Shown one piece after another: positions 36,419 to 46,517 of a DNA stretch of 64,000 bases. The translations under genes were made by a program, and so were the position numbers. The DNA is from Chloroflexota bacterium. GTDB lineage: Bacteria; Chloroflexota; Limnocylindria; P2-11E. The notes beneath the pieces were generated by a model. It was given only the letters and a program-made list of their open reading frames with translations, had not been told where the DNA came from and ran no database searches. The number at the start of each line of letters is the position of its first letter. Position 1 is the stretch's first letter. The DNA lies in assembly GCA_005883625.1 (NCBI GenBank), contig VBDU01000092.1, positions 3,621 to 67,620 on the forward strand, read 5' to 3'.

Positions 36419-36913
36419 ATGGCCACGAGGACCGGGAGCGAGTCCGACGCGGAGCGCACGATCGTGCTCGCCGACAACCGCAAAGCGCGCTTCGATTACC
36501 ACATCGAGGACTCGCTCGAGGCGGGCATCGCCCTGCAGGGCACCGAGATCAAGTCGCTACGGGCAGGGCACGCGAACCTCCGCGACGGCTACGCGCGCGT
36601 CGAGAAGGGCGAGGTCTGGCTGCGCAACGTCCACATCGCCCCGTGGGCGAACGCGGCCCACGACAATCACGATCCGCTACGGCCGCGCAAGCTCCTCCTG
36701 CACCGCGAGCAGATCGGCCAGCTCGCCGGCGCGGTCTCGCAGAAGGGCTACACGCTGGTGCCGCTACGGATGTACATACGGAAGGGCCGCGCGAAGATCG
36801 AGCTCGGTCTCGCGCGTGGCAAGAAGCGCTACGACAAGCGGCAGGCGATCAAGGAGCGCGAGCACATCCGCGAGATGGACGCGGCGATCCGCCGCCGCAT
36901 CGGGCGCGGCTAG
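36419..36913 (+). CDS. smpB: SsrA-binding protein
   Basis: NRKARFDY, EAGIALQGTEIKSLR, RKLLLH, GKKRYDKR. Confidence 0.98.
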   Translation: MATRTGSESDAERTIVLADNRKARFDYHIEDSLEAGIALQGTEIKSLRAGHANLRDGYARVEKGEVWLRNVHIAPWANAAHDNHDPLRPRKLLLHREQIGQLAGAVSQKGYTLVPLRMYIRKGRAKIELGLARGKKRYDKRQAIKEREHIREMDAAIRRRIGRG

Positions 36914-36952
36914 CGGGAGGTCCGGCCGCGGCCGAAGCGGTCGCGGCGAGTA

Positions 36953-38548
36953 CTAGTCGCCGAAGGCCGGCACGGCCTCGCGCGGCGCGCCGCGCTCCCT
37001 CCCGCGCAGCGGCACGTCCTCGAGGAAGACGGACGCGACGAGGGCGACGATGAGCACGAGCGCACCGACCACGAAGATGTCGTGCAGCGCCGAGGCGAGG
37101 GCGCCGCGGATCGCCAGGAGCAGCTGGTCGAAGACCGGCTGCAGCTGGGGCGGGAGCGCGGCCCGCGTCGCGGCGATCTGCGCCGGATCGAAGATCGCCT
37201 GGACGTTGCCGCTCGCGCCGATCGCGCCCTGCGCCTGCGGCGGCAGGCTCACCGAGGCGACGGCCGCGCGGATCTTGTCCGGCAGCTCGTGCGAGAGGAC
37301 GGCGCCGAGGATCGCGATCCCCACGGTCCCACCGATGTTCCGCCAGAACTGCATCTGGCTCGATGAGACGCCGAGGTACTCGCGCGGCAGCGCGCTCTGC
37401 ACCGCGTTCAGGTAGAGGGGCATCGTCGTGCCGAGCCCGATGCCGACGAGGACGAGGTCCCGCACCACCTCCACCTGCTCGGTGGATGTCGTCACCTGCC
37501 CGAGCAGCCAGAGACCGATGCCCATGACCGTGATGCCCACCGTGCCGAGGTAGCGGTAGCGCGGGATGCGGGTCATGAGCTGTCCGGTGACGATGCTCGA
37601 GCCGATCAGGCCGACCATGAGCGGCGTGATGAGCAGGCCCGAGTTCGTCGCGGGGATCCCGAGGACCCCCTGGTAGATGAGCGCGACGTACGTGATCGCG
37701 CCGAACATCCCGAACGCGACGAAGAATCCGGTGATGACGGAGACGCTGAACGTGCGGTTCCGGAAGAGCGTGAACGGGACCATGGGGTGCGGCGTCCGCC
37801 GCTCGATGAAGAAGAACCCGACCAGGACGACCGCCGCGACGAGGAGCAGGCCGAGCACTTCCGGCGAGAAGATGTCGTGGTCGCGCGTGATCGACAGCGC
37901 GACGAGCAGCGGCACCAGGCCGGCGGCGAGGGTGAACGCGCCGAGGAAGTCGATGTCGCGCCACGACGCCTTGTGGGCGACCTTTGGCATCGTGAGCGCG
38001 ACCGCGGCGATCGCGAGCGCGCCGACGGGCACGTTGACGTAGAAGACCCAGCGCCACCCGACGTTGTCCGTCAGGTAGCCGCCGATGACCGGGCCGACGA
38101 CGGAGGCGAGGCCGAAGATGCTCGCGAAGACGCCCTGCAGGCGCGCGCGGACGTGCGGCGGGAAGAGGTCGCCGAGGGCGGCGAAGACGCTCGCGAAGAG
38201 GACGCCGCCGAACAGGCCCTGGATGCCGCGGAACGCGACGAGCTCCGCCATGTTCTGGGCCTGGCCGCAGAGCGCCGAGGCGGCGACGAAGCCGGCCATT
38301 CCCCCGAGGAGGAAGGGCCTGCGCCCGAACAGATCGGAGAGCTTCCCGGCGACGGGCGTCATCGTGGTCGACGCGACCATGTACGCGGTGATCACCCAGG
38401 CGTAGTAGTCGAGGCCGTTCAGCTCCGCGACGATGCGAGGGAGCGCGGTGCCCACGATGGTCTGGTCGAGGGCCGCCAGGAACAGGCCCAGCGCGATCCC
38501 GATGGTGACGAAGACCGTGCGGCGGCGGCCGAGCGTTTCAACGGACAT
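36953..38548 (-). CDS. DHA2/MDR family MFS efflux transporter
   Basis: LDQTIVGTALP, GKLSDLFGRR, WRWVFYVNVP; ~14 TM. Confidence 0.93.
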   Translation of the reverse strand: MSVETLGRRRTVFVTIGIALGLFLAALDQTIVGTALPRIVAELNGLDYYAWVITAYMVASTTMTPVAGKLSDLFGRRPFLLGGMAGFVAASALCGQAQNMAELVAFRGIQGLFGGVLFASVFAALGDLFPPHVRARLQGVFASIFGLASVVGPVIGGYLTDNVGWRWVFYVNVPVGALAIAAVALTMPKVAHKASWRDIDFLGAFTLAAGLVPLLVALSITRDHDIFSPEVLGLLLVAAVVLVGFFFIERRTPHPMVPFTLFRNRTFSVSVITGFFVAFGMFGAITYVALIYQGVLGIPATNSGLLITPLMVGLIGSSIVTGQLMTRIPRYRYLGTVGITVMGIGLWLLGQVTTSTEQVEVVRDLVLVGIGLGTTMPLYLNAVQSALPREYLGVSSSQMQFWRNIGGTVGIAILGAVLSHELPDKIRAAVASVSLPPQAQGAIGASGNVQAIFDPAQIAATRAALPPQLQPVFDQLLLAIRGALASALHDIFVVGALVLIVALVASVFLEDVPLRGRERGAPREAVPAFGD

Positions 38549-39032
38549 GAGGAGCCTCCTTGTCGGCGGGCTGCGCGAGCGCCTGCTGAAGGTCGGTCAG
38601 CGCGGCGGCGAGACGGTCCCGCTTCTCGGCGGAGAGGGTCGACAGGATCTTGGCGACGGGCTCGGTCATGTACTCGCCGACGCGCTCGATCTCGCGCCGG
38701 CCGCGCGCGGTCATTTCGACGACCACCACGCGCCGGTCCGATGGGTCCTCCGAGCGGCGCACGAAGCCGTCGCGCTCGAGCGAGTCGACGAGCTCCGAGA
38801 GCGAGGCCGGCGTCAGCACGCATTTCTGCGCGAGGTCGCCGCTCCGGCGCGGGACGTCGGTCAGCTGCCAGAGGACGCGCGCGCGCTCGAGGCTGATCGC
38901 CCCGCGCTCGTGCGCGACGTGCGAGGCGAGGCGGCCGATCCGCGGCAGGAGCGACAGGACCAGGCGCGCGAGACGGACGTCGTCGGCGCCGGGTCGGTAC
39001 GCGGACGGGCGCTCAGGCGAAGCGGTCGGCAT
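38538..39032 (-). CDS. MarR family regulator
   Basis: LVDSLERDGFVRR..DPSDRR..VEMT..G. Confidence 0.92.
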   Translation of the reverse strand: MPTASPERPSAYRPGADDVRLARLVLSLLPRIGRLASHVAHERGAISLERARVLWQLTDVPRRSGDLAQKCVLTPASLSELVDSLERDGFVRRSEDPSDRRVVVVEMTARGRREIERVGEYMTEPVAKILSTLSAEKRDRLAAALTDLQQALAQPADKEAPHVR

Positions 39033-39048
39033 GTCGTTCGGTCTCCAA

Positions 39049-39094
39049 ATAGTTAGGTCGCCGAACTATAAGGGCGCCGTACCAATCGGGGCAA
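39049..39094 (-). promoter_or_regulatory. marR promoter with palindromic operator
   Basis: TTGCCC-18 nt-TATAGT; ATAGTTAGG-N3-CCGAACTAT inverted repeat over the -10/+1 region. Confidence 0.65.
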
Positions 39095-39122
39095 GTCCCG
39101 CGAATGTCTCGTTCGCGACAGA

Positions 39123-39419
39123 TCAGCCCGCGCCCGACTCCACGAAGGGCTGCTCGATGTCCGCGACGAAGAACCGCTCTGCGCCGCAGGTGGGGCAGCG
39201 TGCCGGCGGCGCCATGCCATGGACGGTCGTCCCGCAGGCCTCGCAGCGGAAATGCCGCTGATCGCCGGGCGTACGGATGATCGACGGCGAGGCCGCGAGC
39301 ATCTGGCGGATCTTCCCGAGCTCGTTCGCCACGCGCAGCGGCTCGATCCCCGCGCCCGTCTGGTCGGCCTCCACGAGCCGGTTCATGAGCGCGTCAAGAC
39401 GCTCGAGCGCTTCCTTCAT
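39123..39419 (-). CDS. Small protein with rubredoxin-like metal ribbon
   Basis: CEAC...PPARCPTCG; SD GGGGAGG. Confidence 0.8.
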   Translation of the reverse strand: MKEALERLDALMNRLVEADQTGAGIEPLRVANELGKIRQMLAASPSIIRTPGDQRHFRCEACGTTVHGMAPPARCPTCGAERFFVADIEQPFVESGAG

Positions 39420-39490
39420 GGCGGACCTCCCCAGGTGAGAAGAGGATAGGGGAGCGCCGCAGCTCGCGGCGCTGCGTTCGCGTGTTCCTG

Positions 39491-39840
39491 TGGAGATGGG
39501 GGAGGGTCGAACTCCCCGTCCAAGGCCTGCTCGCGGATCGCGTCTACGAGCGTGTTCGGCGATTTTTTTCTCGCGGACCCGGTCGCACACCGACGCGCTA
39601 CCGGATCGCGCACAGGCCGTGAACTTGAGCCCGCCTACCGGCCGATCGGCGGGCCGCACCTCCGCTTTATTCGTCCTCGAGGCCCGCGGAGGGGAGACCT
39701 CGAGGACGCTCACTGACTAGGCAGCGAGAGCGTAAGAAGTGTTGCCAGTTATCTGGCAGCCGTTCGGATTAACGAGGGGGAACGGCGTTCCTCGGCTCGC
39801 AGCGGTCCGTCCGCCTGCCCTGTCGAAGCCACGCATCCCC
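39491..39840 (-). ncRNA. ssrA: tmRNA (one-piece), tag (A)GNTSYALAA
   Basis: 5' GGGGATG..TTCGAC, 3' GGGGAG-TTCGAC-CCTCCCCCATCTCCA, ATAACT before resume codon, tag frame 39746-39717. Confidence 0.96.
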
Positions 39841-39874
39841 GTGGCCCTTTCGGGCACCATCGATTGTACCGGCC

Positions 39875-40651
39875 GTGCGTACGCCCCGACACCTCTTCGC
39901 GCTCGCGATCGCGGTGGCCGCGGTCGCCTGTTCGAATGCGCCACGTGCGAACGTGCCCACGCCGCCCGCGTCGACGACGCCGACCGTCGCAACACCGTCG
40001 CCGACGCCGACCGCCGCCCCGAGCTCCTCGCCCGCTCCGGCCGCCGCGGCGATCGTCCGCTACGTCGCGATCGGCGCCTCGGACACGGTAGGCGTGGGCG
40101 CGGCCGATCCCGCGACCGGATCGTGGCCCGCGCGCCTGGCCGCGAAGCTGCCGGCAGGCGCGACCTATCTGAACCTCGGCGTGTCCGGTTCGCTCGCCGC
40201 CGGCGCGCGCGAGCAGCAGCTGCCGAAGGCGCTCGAGGCGAGGCCGACGGTCGCGACGGTCTGGCTCGCGGTGAACGACCTCAACGCGGGCCTGGGACCC
40301 GGCGACTACGGGATGGCGCTGCGGTCGATCGTCACGGCGCTGGTGGACCGGACCGATGCGCGGATCTTCGTCGGCAACGTGCCGGACCTACGGGCCGTCC
40401 CGGCGTATGCGGGGGTCGACCAGGCGGCGCTCGCGGCGCGGATCGCCGACTACAACCTCCAGATCGCCGCGCTCCAGCGGGCCTATCCCGCCCGCGTCGT
40501 GGTCGTCGACCTCTTCACGGGAAGCGCCGTCCTCGTGTCGAGCGGGACCGTCGCCGCGGACGGCTTCCATCCGTCCGACGCGGGCTACCAGCTCATCGCG
40601 GACCGCTTCGTCGCTGCGTTGCGCGACGCGGGGGTGCCGCTCCGCGCCTAG
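39875..40651 (+). CDS. SGNH/GDSL hydrolase lipoprotein
   Basis: Lipobox AVAC, Pro/Thr linker, AIGASDT, NLGVSG, DGFHP. Confidence 0.88.
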   Translation: MRTPRHLFALAIAVAAVACSNAPRANVPTPPASTTPTVATPSPTPTAAPSSSPAPAAAAIVRYVAIGASDTVGVGAADPATGSWPARLAAKLPAGATYLNLGVSGSLAAGAREQQLPKALEARPTVATVWLAVNDLNAGLGPGDYGMALRSIVTALVDRTDARIFVGNVPDLRAVPAYAGVDQAALAARIADYNLQIAALQRAYPARVVVVDLFTGSAVLVSSGTVAADGFHPSDAGYQLIADRFVAALRDAGVPLRA

Positions 40652-41880
40652 CTCGAGCCGGTCTCGGCCGGCCGCGCCGCCGCGGGGACGACCGGCGCGA
40701 CCGCGCGCTTCGGCTCGCGCAGCGCGCCCGCGAAGATCGCGCACCCCGCGACCATGAAGAAGACGCCGAGCAGGAGCACCGCCTTTGGCTCGACGGACGC
40801 GAGAAGGCCAGAGGCGATGAAGGGCGCGGCGGTGCCGCGTATCCCGAGGAGCAGCGACTGCGCAGCCGCGTACTGAACGACGCGCTCGCGCGGCGCGAGC
40901 TGGACGACGTTCGTATAGAAGGTGATCTCGCCGCCGGCCACGATGATCCCGGTCACGACGGCGACGGGGAGCAGCGCCCACGTGTTCGGCGCGACGAGAT
41001 AGCCGAGCGGGACCAGCACGACGAGGACCTGATTGAGGAGCGAGAGTCGCAGCGACGAGCCGCGATCGATGACGCGCCCCCAGACGAAGTAGGCGGCGAT
41101 CATCGTCGCCGACTGCACCGCGTACATGATCCCGATGAACGTGTTCGGCGCGTCGAAGTGGTCGACGAGCATGATCGGATAGATGGCCGCGTTCATGAGG
41201 TTCCCGGTGCCGAAGACGGTCGACGCGATGAGCAGGCGCCGGAAGCGCAGATCCCCCCACAGGTCGCGCGCGATCGAGACGGCCGACCGCCGCCGCGGCG
41301 GCGCCGGCAGATCGTCGTGGCGCACCCAGAAGAACGCGACCGCTCCGGGAAGCGCGAGGGCCGTGGCGGCGGCGAAGACGTACGCAGCCGGGATCACGTC
41401 GATCCAGGCGCCGGCGACGGCCGCGCTCGCGATGCCTGCGATGGACGCGCCGATCCGCACGTTCGCCATCGCCTGCGCGCGCTCGCGGTCCGGATACATC
41501 CCCTGCATGAGCGCGGTGTACGCGGCGACGTTCGCGACGGTGATGACGAAGAAGACGACCGTCGTGGCCGCGAGCATGAGCGGTGTCGCGGCGACGAGGA
41601 CGCCGGCGATGAGCACGACGCGCGCGAGGGTCGTGGTCCCGGCGACGACGCGTGCCACCGGAATGCCGGACAGGAGGTACGCGAACACCGGGGCGAGGAG
41701 GTGGCCGATGAAAGGCGCGGCGACGACGAGCGCGACTTCGCCGGCGCTGCCGCCGAGGCGGCGCACGACGACAGGCATGAAGGTGACGAGCACCGAGATG
41801 TAGAGGCCCGAGCAGACCGCGCTGAAGAGGTCGATGCGAAAATTCCGCCGGACGCGCGCGGGCGCCCAGTTCCCGTCCAT
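40648..41880 (-). CDS. MFS transporter
   Basis: ~12 TM, WGRVIDRG, YPDRERAQ loops. Confidence 0.85.
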   Translation of the reverse strand: MDGNWAPARVRRNFRIDLFSAVCSGLYISVLVTFMPVVVRRLGGSAGEVALVVAAPFIGHLLAPVFAYLLSGIPVARVVAGTTTLARVVLIAGVLVAATPLMLAATTVVFFVITVANVAAYTALMQGMYPDRERAQAMANVRIGASIAGIASAAVAGAWIDVIPAAYVFAAATALALPGAVAFFWVRHDDLPAPPRRRSAVSIARDLWGDLRFRRLLIASTVFGTGNLMNAAIYPIMLVDHFDAPNTFIGIMYAVQSATMIAAYFVWGRVIDRGSSLRLSLLNQVLVVLVPLGYLVAPNTWALLPVAVVTGIIVAGGEITFYTNVVQLAPRERVVQYAAAQSLLLGIRGTAAPFIASGLLASVEPKAVLLLGVFFMVAGCAIFAGALREPKRAVAPVVPAAARPAETGSS

Positions 41881-41934
41881 GAGAAGACAAACGGTAACGC
41901 GCTCGGTCCGTCGCCTGGAAGGCGTACGTACGGG

Positions 41935-42846
41935 CTAGGGCCGCTCTGGTCTCGGCCTGTAACCCCCTGGCCGCGGTCCGAAGCCACGACGGGGCCCATA
42001 GCCGCCGGGCCGCGTCCCCCCGGTCGGGGGACGGCCCGGGCCGCCGCGATATGGCGGGCGGGGCCGGAATACCGCGGGCCCGCGCGCGCCCGGCGCCGTC
42101 GAGCTGATGACGACGCGGCGATTCGGGTCCACGCCCACCGACTCCGTCCGCACCCCGGGGCTGTCCTGAACCGCCAGGTGCACGATCCGCCGCTCGTAGG
42201 CGAGCATCGGCTCGAGCGTCACGGCCTGCCCCGTCGTCCGCACCCGCACGGCGACGCGGCGCGCGACCTCGCGCAGCTGCTCCTCGCGACGACGCCGGTA
42301 GCCCTCGATGTCGAGCGGGATGTGAACGGTGCGGCCGACGCGCCGCGACGTCATGGCCGAGGTGATCTGCTGAAGCGCAACGAGGTTCTCGCCGCCGCGG
42401 CCGATGAGCGCACCGAGGTCGGTCCCGACCACGTCGACCCCCTCGCGGCCCGGCCGGTCGTCCATCGTGACCTCCGCCTCGATCCCCATGAGCTCGAGGA
42501 GCTCCTTGAGCACCGGGACCGCAGCCGCGAGCTCCTCCGAGAGGACGGGCGCCGCTTCCTCGCGCTCCTCCTCGCGCTCATCGAGATGCTCGCGCAGCGC
42601 GTCGGGGCGTCGCGGCACCTCGGCCTCGTCGACCGTGGGCTGCGGCTCGGGCTCGCGCTCGTCCTCCTGGAACGAGAGGAGCACGCGCGCATCCTCACCG
42701 CCCATCCCGAGCATGTTCGCGGGCTTTCCCTTCTCGAGGACCTCGATGTCGACCTCCGTCCGTTTGCGCCCGAGCACCCTCAGGCCGCGCTCGACCGCCT
42801 CCTCGACCGTTCGACCGGTGAATTCCTCTCCACGCAGCGGGCTCAT
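41935..42846 (-). CDS. jag: Jag/EloR (KhpB) RNA-binding protein
   Basis: Jag_N GRTVEEA, KH LIGRGGE, R3H ERRIVH; RGG-rich tail. Confidence 0.95.
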   Translation of the reverse strand: MSPLRGEEFTGRTVEEAVERGLRVLGRKRTEVDIEVLEKGKPANMLGMGGEDARVLLSFQEDEREPEPQPTVDEAEVPRRPDALREHLDEREEEREEAAPVLSEELAAAVPVLKELLELMGIEAEVTMDDRPGREGVDVVGTDLGALIGRGGENLVALQQITSAMTSRRVGRTVHIPLDIEGYRRRREEQLREVARRVAVRVRTTGQAVTLEPMLAYERRIVHLAVQDSPGVRTESVGVDPNRRVVISSTAPGARGPAVFRPRPPYRGGPGRPPTGGTRPGGYGPRRGFGPRPGGYRPRPERP

Positions 42847-43808
42847 CGTTTCCGCCTCCTCCCTCTACGCCGTCCCCCTTCGGCCGCGCGCGCTGACGGC
42901 TCCGCGACCGCCTCCATGTCCGCCTCCGCCTCCGCGATCGCCGCGCGCTCCCGCCGCCGCATCTCACGATCCGCCGGCGTGGGGATCTGCTCCAGGAACG
43001 GTAGCCAGCGCGGTAGCTGTCCCCATCCCGTGACGAAGTACTGCTGCACCATCTGGAAGACCGTCGTCGTGATGTAGTAGAGGAAGACACCGGCCGACAG
43101 CTGCCTGAAGAAGACGAGCGTGATGAGCGGCAGGTAGTAGGTCATCGACTGCATCGTTCGCTGGGTCGGGTCGTTCGTCTGCGGCGGGTTCCGCGGCAGC
43201 GCCATGATCGACGCGACGAGCTGCAGCAGGGCCGAAACGATCGGCAGGATCCCGATGACCTCGGGTCCGCCGAAGGCCGTGAAGAAGAAGTAGTCCGGAT
43301 GGGCGAGGTTGCCGATCCACGGCAGCCAGTGCGCCGTGAGATCCAGGGCCTGGTCATCGGCCAGGCCCGGCGGCGTCGGCACGAACGCGAAGAGGACATG
43401 GTCGCGCAGCTCGTGGACGGTAAGCGCGGGTACGCCGCCGAGCCCGCCCACCTGCTGGAACGCGGCGTACATCGCGAACAGCACCGGGAAGAACACGACC
43501 ATCGGGAGGCAGCCCGCGAGCGGGCTGATGCCGCGCTCCTGGTACAGCTTCATCTGCTCCTGCTGCAGGCGGACGCGGTCCTTCTCGTACTTCTTCTTGA
43601 TGTCGTTCAGCGCCGGCGCAAGCTCCTGCATCGCGCGGGAGGAGCGCAGCTGCTGCCGGAACAATGGGATGAGCGCAAGCCGGATCGCGATCGTGACGAT
43701 GACGACGGCGAGGCCGAAGTCCGGGACGAAGTCGTACGCGAGCACCAGGAGCGAGATGAGCGGATGAACGAGGAGCGCATTCCAGACGTCGGTAACGATT
43801 GGCGGCAC
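42843..43808 (-). CDS. yidC: Membrane protein insertase YidC
   Basis: FGLAVVIVTIAIR, MQELAP, KLYQE.G.SP.AGCLP. Confidence 0.95.
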   Translation of the reverse strand: MPPIVTDVWNALLVHPLISLLVLAYDFVPDFGLAVVIVTIAIRLALIPLFRQQLRSSRAMQELAPALNDIKKKYEKDRVRLQQEQMKLYQERGISPLAGCLPMVVFFPVLFAMYAAFQQVGGLGGVPALTVHELRDHVLFAFVPTPPGLADDQALDLTAHWLPWIGNLAHPDYFFFTAFGGPEVIGILPIVSALLQLVASIMALPRNPPQTNDPTQRTMQSMTYYLPLITLVFFRQLSAGVFLYYITTTVFQMVQQYFVTGWGQLPRWLPFLEQIPTPADREMRRRERAAIAEAEADMEAVAEPSARAAEGGRRRGRRRKR

Positions 43809-44032
43809 TATCGCGACTCCAGCTCGGGAACGGGGTCATACCCCCCGTGACTGAACGGATTGCACGAGAGCACCCGCCGGGCGGCGAGAAGGCTCCCCCG
43901 CAGCACGCCGTGGCGGTCTACGGCCTCGATCGCGTACTCCGAGCAGGTGGGGGTGTAGCGGCAGGCCGGCGGGAGCAGCGGGCTCACCGCGGACTTGTAG
44001 AAGCGGAGCGCGGCCAGGACCGCGATCTTCAC
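43808..44032 (-). CDS. yidD: Membrane protein insertion efficiency factor YidD
   Basis: [23 protein letters not shown]. Confidence 0.96.
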   Translation of the reverse strand: MKIAVLAALRFYKSAVSPLLPPACRYTPTCSEYAIEAVDRHGVLRGSLLAARRVLSCNPFSHGGYDPVPELESR

Positions 44033-44379
44033 GGTGCGAGGGCCTCACCCGATCCGAGGGCGGCGAGCGCCCTCGCGGCGGCCTCGCGCACCGCGGCCGG
44101 CGAAGCGGCGACCACGTCGCGCCGCGCGGTCACGAGGATGTCGCGCCCTATCGCGGGTCGACGGTCCTTCACCACGATGCGAAATGCCTCGCGAAGACGC
44201 CGACGCGCGCGGTTCCGCGCGACGGCGGTACCCAGCGAGCGCGGAGCGGACACCGCAAGGCGCGTCATGCCGAGGTCGTTGGCACGCGCGCGCAGCGCGA
44301 ACAGCCGATGCTGGACCGCGACGTTCGCCTCCCGCACCGCGGCGATGTCCCCATTGCGCCGCAATCGTGCGGCGTCCAC
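44029..44379 (-). CDS. rnpA: Ribonuclease P protein component
   Basis: [13 protein letters not shown] (RNR motif); synteny. Confidence 0.93.
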   Translation of the reverse strand: MDAARLRRNGDIAAVREANVAVQHRLFALRARANDLGMTRLAVSAPRSLGTAVARNRARRRLREAFRIVVKDRRPAIGRDILVTARRDVVAASPAAVREAAARALAALGSGEALAP

Positions 44380-44392
44380 CGATGTCGCGCCG

Positions 44393-44530
44393 TTAGACGA
44401 CGGTAAGCCGCTTGCGACCGCGCGCCCGACGCGTCGCGAGCACTTTGCGTCCGCCCGTGGTCCTCATCCGCGCGCGAAAACCGTGCACGCGCGCACGCCG
44501 ACGTGTCTTTGGCTGATAGGTGCGCTTCAC
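44393..44530 (-). CDS. rpmH: 50S ribosomal protein L34
   Basis: Read by hand: [45 protein letters not shown]. Confidence 0.97.
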   Translation of the reverse strand: MKRTYQPKTRRRARVHGFRARMRTTGGRKVLATRRARGRKRLTVV

Positions 44531-44784
44531 GATCGGATCCCTTCTCCCGCTGGAAACGGAACGAACAAGCGATCAAGAGATATCGGGTGGCCCGCGCACG
44601 AGTCTATCAATACGTACGCGCGTTGCCCCAGAGGCGCTTTGGGTCTATCGTTCGCGCGCTTCCACGCGTCGCGCTCCGACCTTCGCACATTCCCATCCGG
44701 TGTGGCGGGCGAGCGATCTTGTTTTCGCGTCACGAGTTCGTGGGGAGCGTCGTTGTGCACGAGCGGGGGAGATTAGGGGAGCCG

Positions 44785-46161
44785 TTGAACACCAAGCAGC
44801 TCTGGTCGGCCGCCCTTGGAGAACTGCAGCTCGGGCTCTCCCACGCGAACTACGACACCTGGTTCAAGGACACGTCGATCGTGTCAGAGGAAGATGACGT
44901 CTACTTCGTCGCCGTCCCGAACGCGTTCGCTCGCGAATGGCTCGAGAACAAGTACCGCCCGCAGGTCCGGGCCGCGCTGCAGCACCTGCTTGGCCGCACA
45001 GTCGACGTCCGCTTCGTGACGCAGCCTGCGCCGCTCGCCGGGATGAGGCCGGGTGCCGCTGTCGCGAACGGGGCGCAGGCCGGCGCGCCCCCGCAGAGCC
45101 CGTCGCTCCCCGAGCGGCGAGATGCCCAGGCGAGCGCGCTGCTCAATCCGCGGTACACGTTCTCGACATTCGTCGTCGGCTCCAACAACCGCCTCGCGCA
45201 CGCCGCGGCGCTCTCCGTCGCGGAGCGACCGGGACACAGCTACAACCCGCTGTTCGTGTACGGCGGGTCGGGTCTGGGCAAGACGCACCTGATGCACGCC
45301 ATCGGGCACGCGGTGATCGCTCGTCATCCGAAGAAGCGCGTCGCCTACGCCACGAGCGAGAAGTTCACGAACGAGTTCATCAACTCGATCCGCGGTCAGA
45401 AGAGCGAGGAGTTCCGTGAGCGCTACCGCCGGATCGACGTCCTCCTCATCGACGACATCCAGTTCATCGCGGGCAAGGAGGGGACGCAGGAGGAGTTCTT
45501 CCACACGTTCAACGCGATCCACGAGGAAGGCAAGCAGATCGTGCTTTCGAGCGACCGGCCGCCCAAGGCGATCACCCAGCTCGAGGACCGCCTGCGCTCC
45601 CGCTTCGAGTGGGGGCTCATCGCCGACATCTCCGCCCCCGATCTCGAGACGCGCATCGCGATCCTCCGCGCGAAGGCCGAGGCGCAGAACATCGCCGTGC
45701 CGCCTCCGGTCATCGACTTCCTGGCCCAGCGGATCGTATCCAACATCCGCGAGCTCGAGGGCGCGCTCACCCGGATCGTCGCTTACGCGACGCTGAACGC
45801 GCTCCCGGTCACGACCCAGCTCGCCCAGGACATGCTCCAGAACATCCTCTACAACCCGCAGCGCAAGACCCTGAGCCCCGAACGCATCGTCGAGACGGTG
45901 GCCCGCTACTACGGCGTGCCGCTCGACCAGATCAAGGGCAAGGCCCGCGACAAGCAGGTCGTCCTCCCGCGCCAGATCGCCATGTACCTCATGCGCGAGG
46001 AGACGGAGGCCCCGCTCCTTCGGATCGGCGAGGCCCTGGGCGGCCGGGATCACTCCACGGTGCTGCACGGCTGCGAGAAGATCGAGCGAGAGATGGCCGA
46101 GAACGACGATTTCCGGCGGGACGTCGGCGCTTTGCGCGAGATGCTGTACACCGACAGCTAG
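44785..46161 (+). CDS. dnaA: Chromosomal replication initiator DnaA (TTG start)
   Basis: YNPLFVYGGSGLGKTHL, LLIDDIQF, QEEFFHTFN, SNIRELEG, GGRDHSTV. Confidence 0.98.
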   Translation: MNTKQLWSAALGELQLGLSHANYDTWFKDTSIVSEEDDVYFVAVPNAFAREWLENKYRPQVRAALQHLLGRTVDVRFVTQPAPLAGMRPGAAVANGAQAGAPPQSPSLPERRDAQASALLNPRYTFSTFVVGSNNRLAHAAALSVAERPGHSYNPLFVYGGSGLGKTHLMHAIGHAVIARHPKKRVAYATSEKFTNEFINSIRGQKSEEFRERYRRIDVLLIDDIQFIAGKEGTQEEFFHTFNAIHEEGKQIVLSSDRPPKAITQLEDRLRSRFEWGLIADISAPDLETRIAILRAKAEAQNIAVPPPVIDFLAQRIVSNIRELEGALTRIVAYATLNALPVTTQLAQDMLQNILYNPQRKTLSPERIVETVARYYGVPLDQIKGKARDKQVVLPRQIAMYLMREETEAPLLRIGEALGGRDHSTVLHGCEKIEREMAENDDFRRDVGALREMLYTDS

Positions 46162-46178
46162 CTAAGGAAGTCGTCGTA

Positions 46179-46206
46179 AGGGGGTGCGGGGGCCCACCCC
46201 CGCGAC
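46179..46206 (-). repeat. Copy of the dispersed intergenic repeat
   Basis: Reverse complement GTCGCGGGGGTGGGCCCCCGCACCCCCT. Confidence 0.8.
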
Positions 46207-46254
46207 GAACCGAGGCTATGGAGGTTGCATCCTCCGAAAAGGAGCAAGCCCGGC

Positions 46255-46495
46255 AAGCTGTGGATAAGGCGTTCGCGCCTGTGGATAAAGACCTCCATTT
46301 GTGGATAGATGCATCATTTCCATGTTCGCTCTGGCTACGTGTGTCGCTCGGAACGACGTCGCTCCCGAGTCCGCTCACAGTGGTCCCCGTAACGTCCACA
46401 GCCCGCGAACAACGACACCGAGCGCGTACGGTGCGGGAGACCGCATAGTCCACACGACTACTGCTACTGGCGACGCTTTCTATCTAGATCACCAA
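46255..46495. other. Replication origin oriC
   Basis: DnaA boxes TGTGGATAA 46259 and 46280, TGTGGATAG 46300; opposite-strand weak boxes including TAGTCCACA 46446, then trio-like ACTACTGCTACTG and an AT-richer patch. Confidence 0.88.
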
Positions 46496-46517
46496 GGGTA
46501 CGACCGGGGAGGGTCGC

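Noticed and set aside
36914-39490. Possible island integrated at ssrA (MFS, MarR)
   Set aside because: No duplicated ssrA 3' end, integrase or compositional shift seen
39717-39995. 92-aa ORF ending in YALAA
   Set aside because: It is the tmRNA tag frame extended upstream, not a protein gene
39739-43077. 1112-aa plus-strand ORF
   Set aside because: Arg-rich, motif-free, and overlaps tmRNA and several real genes
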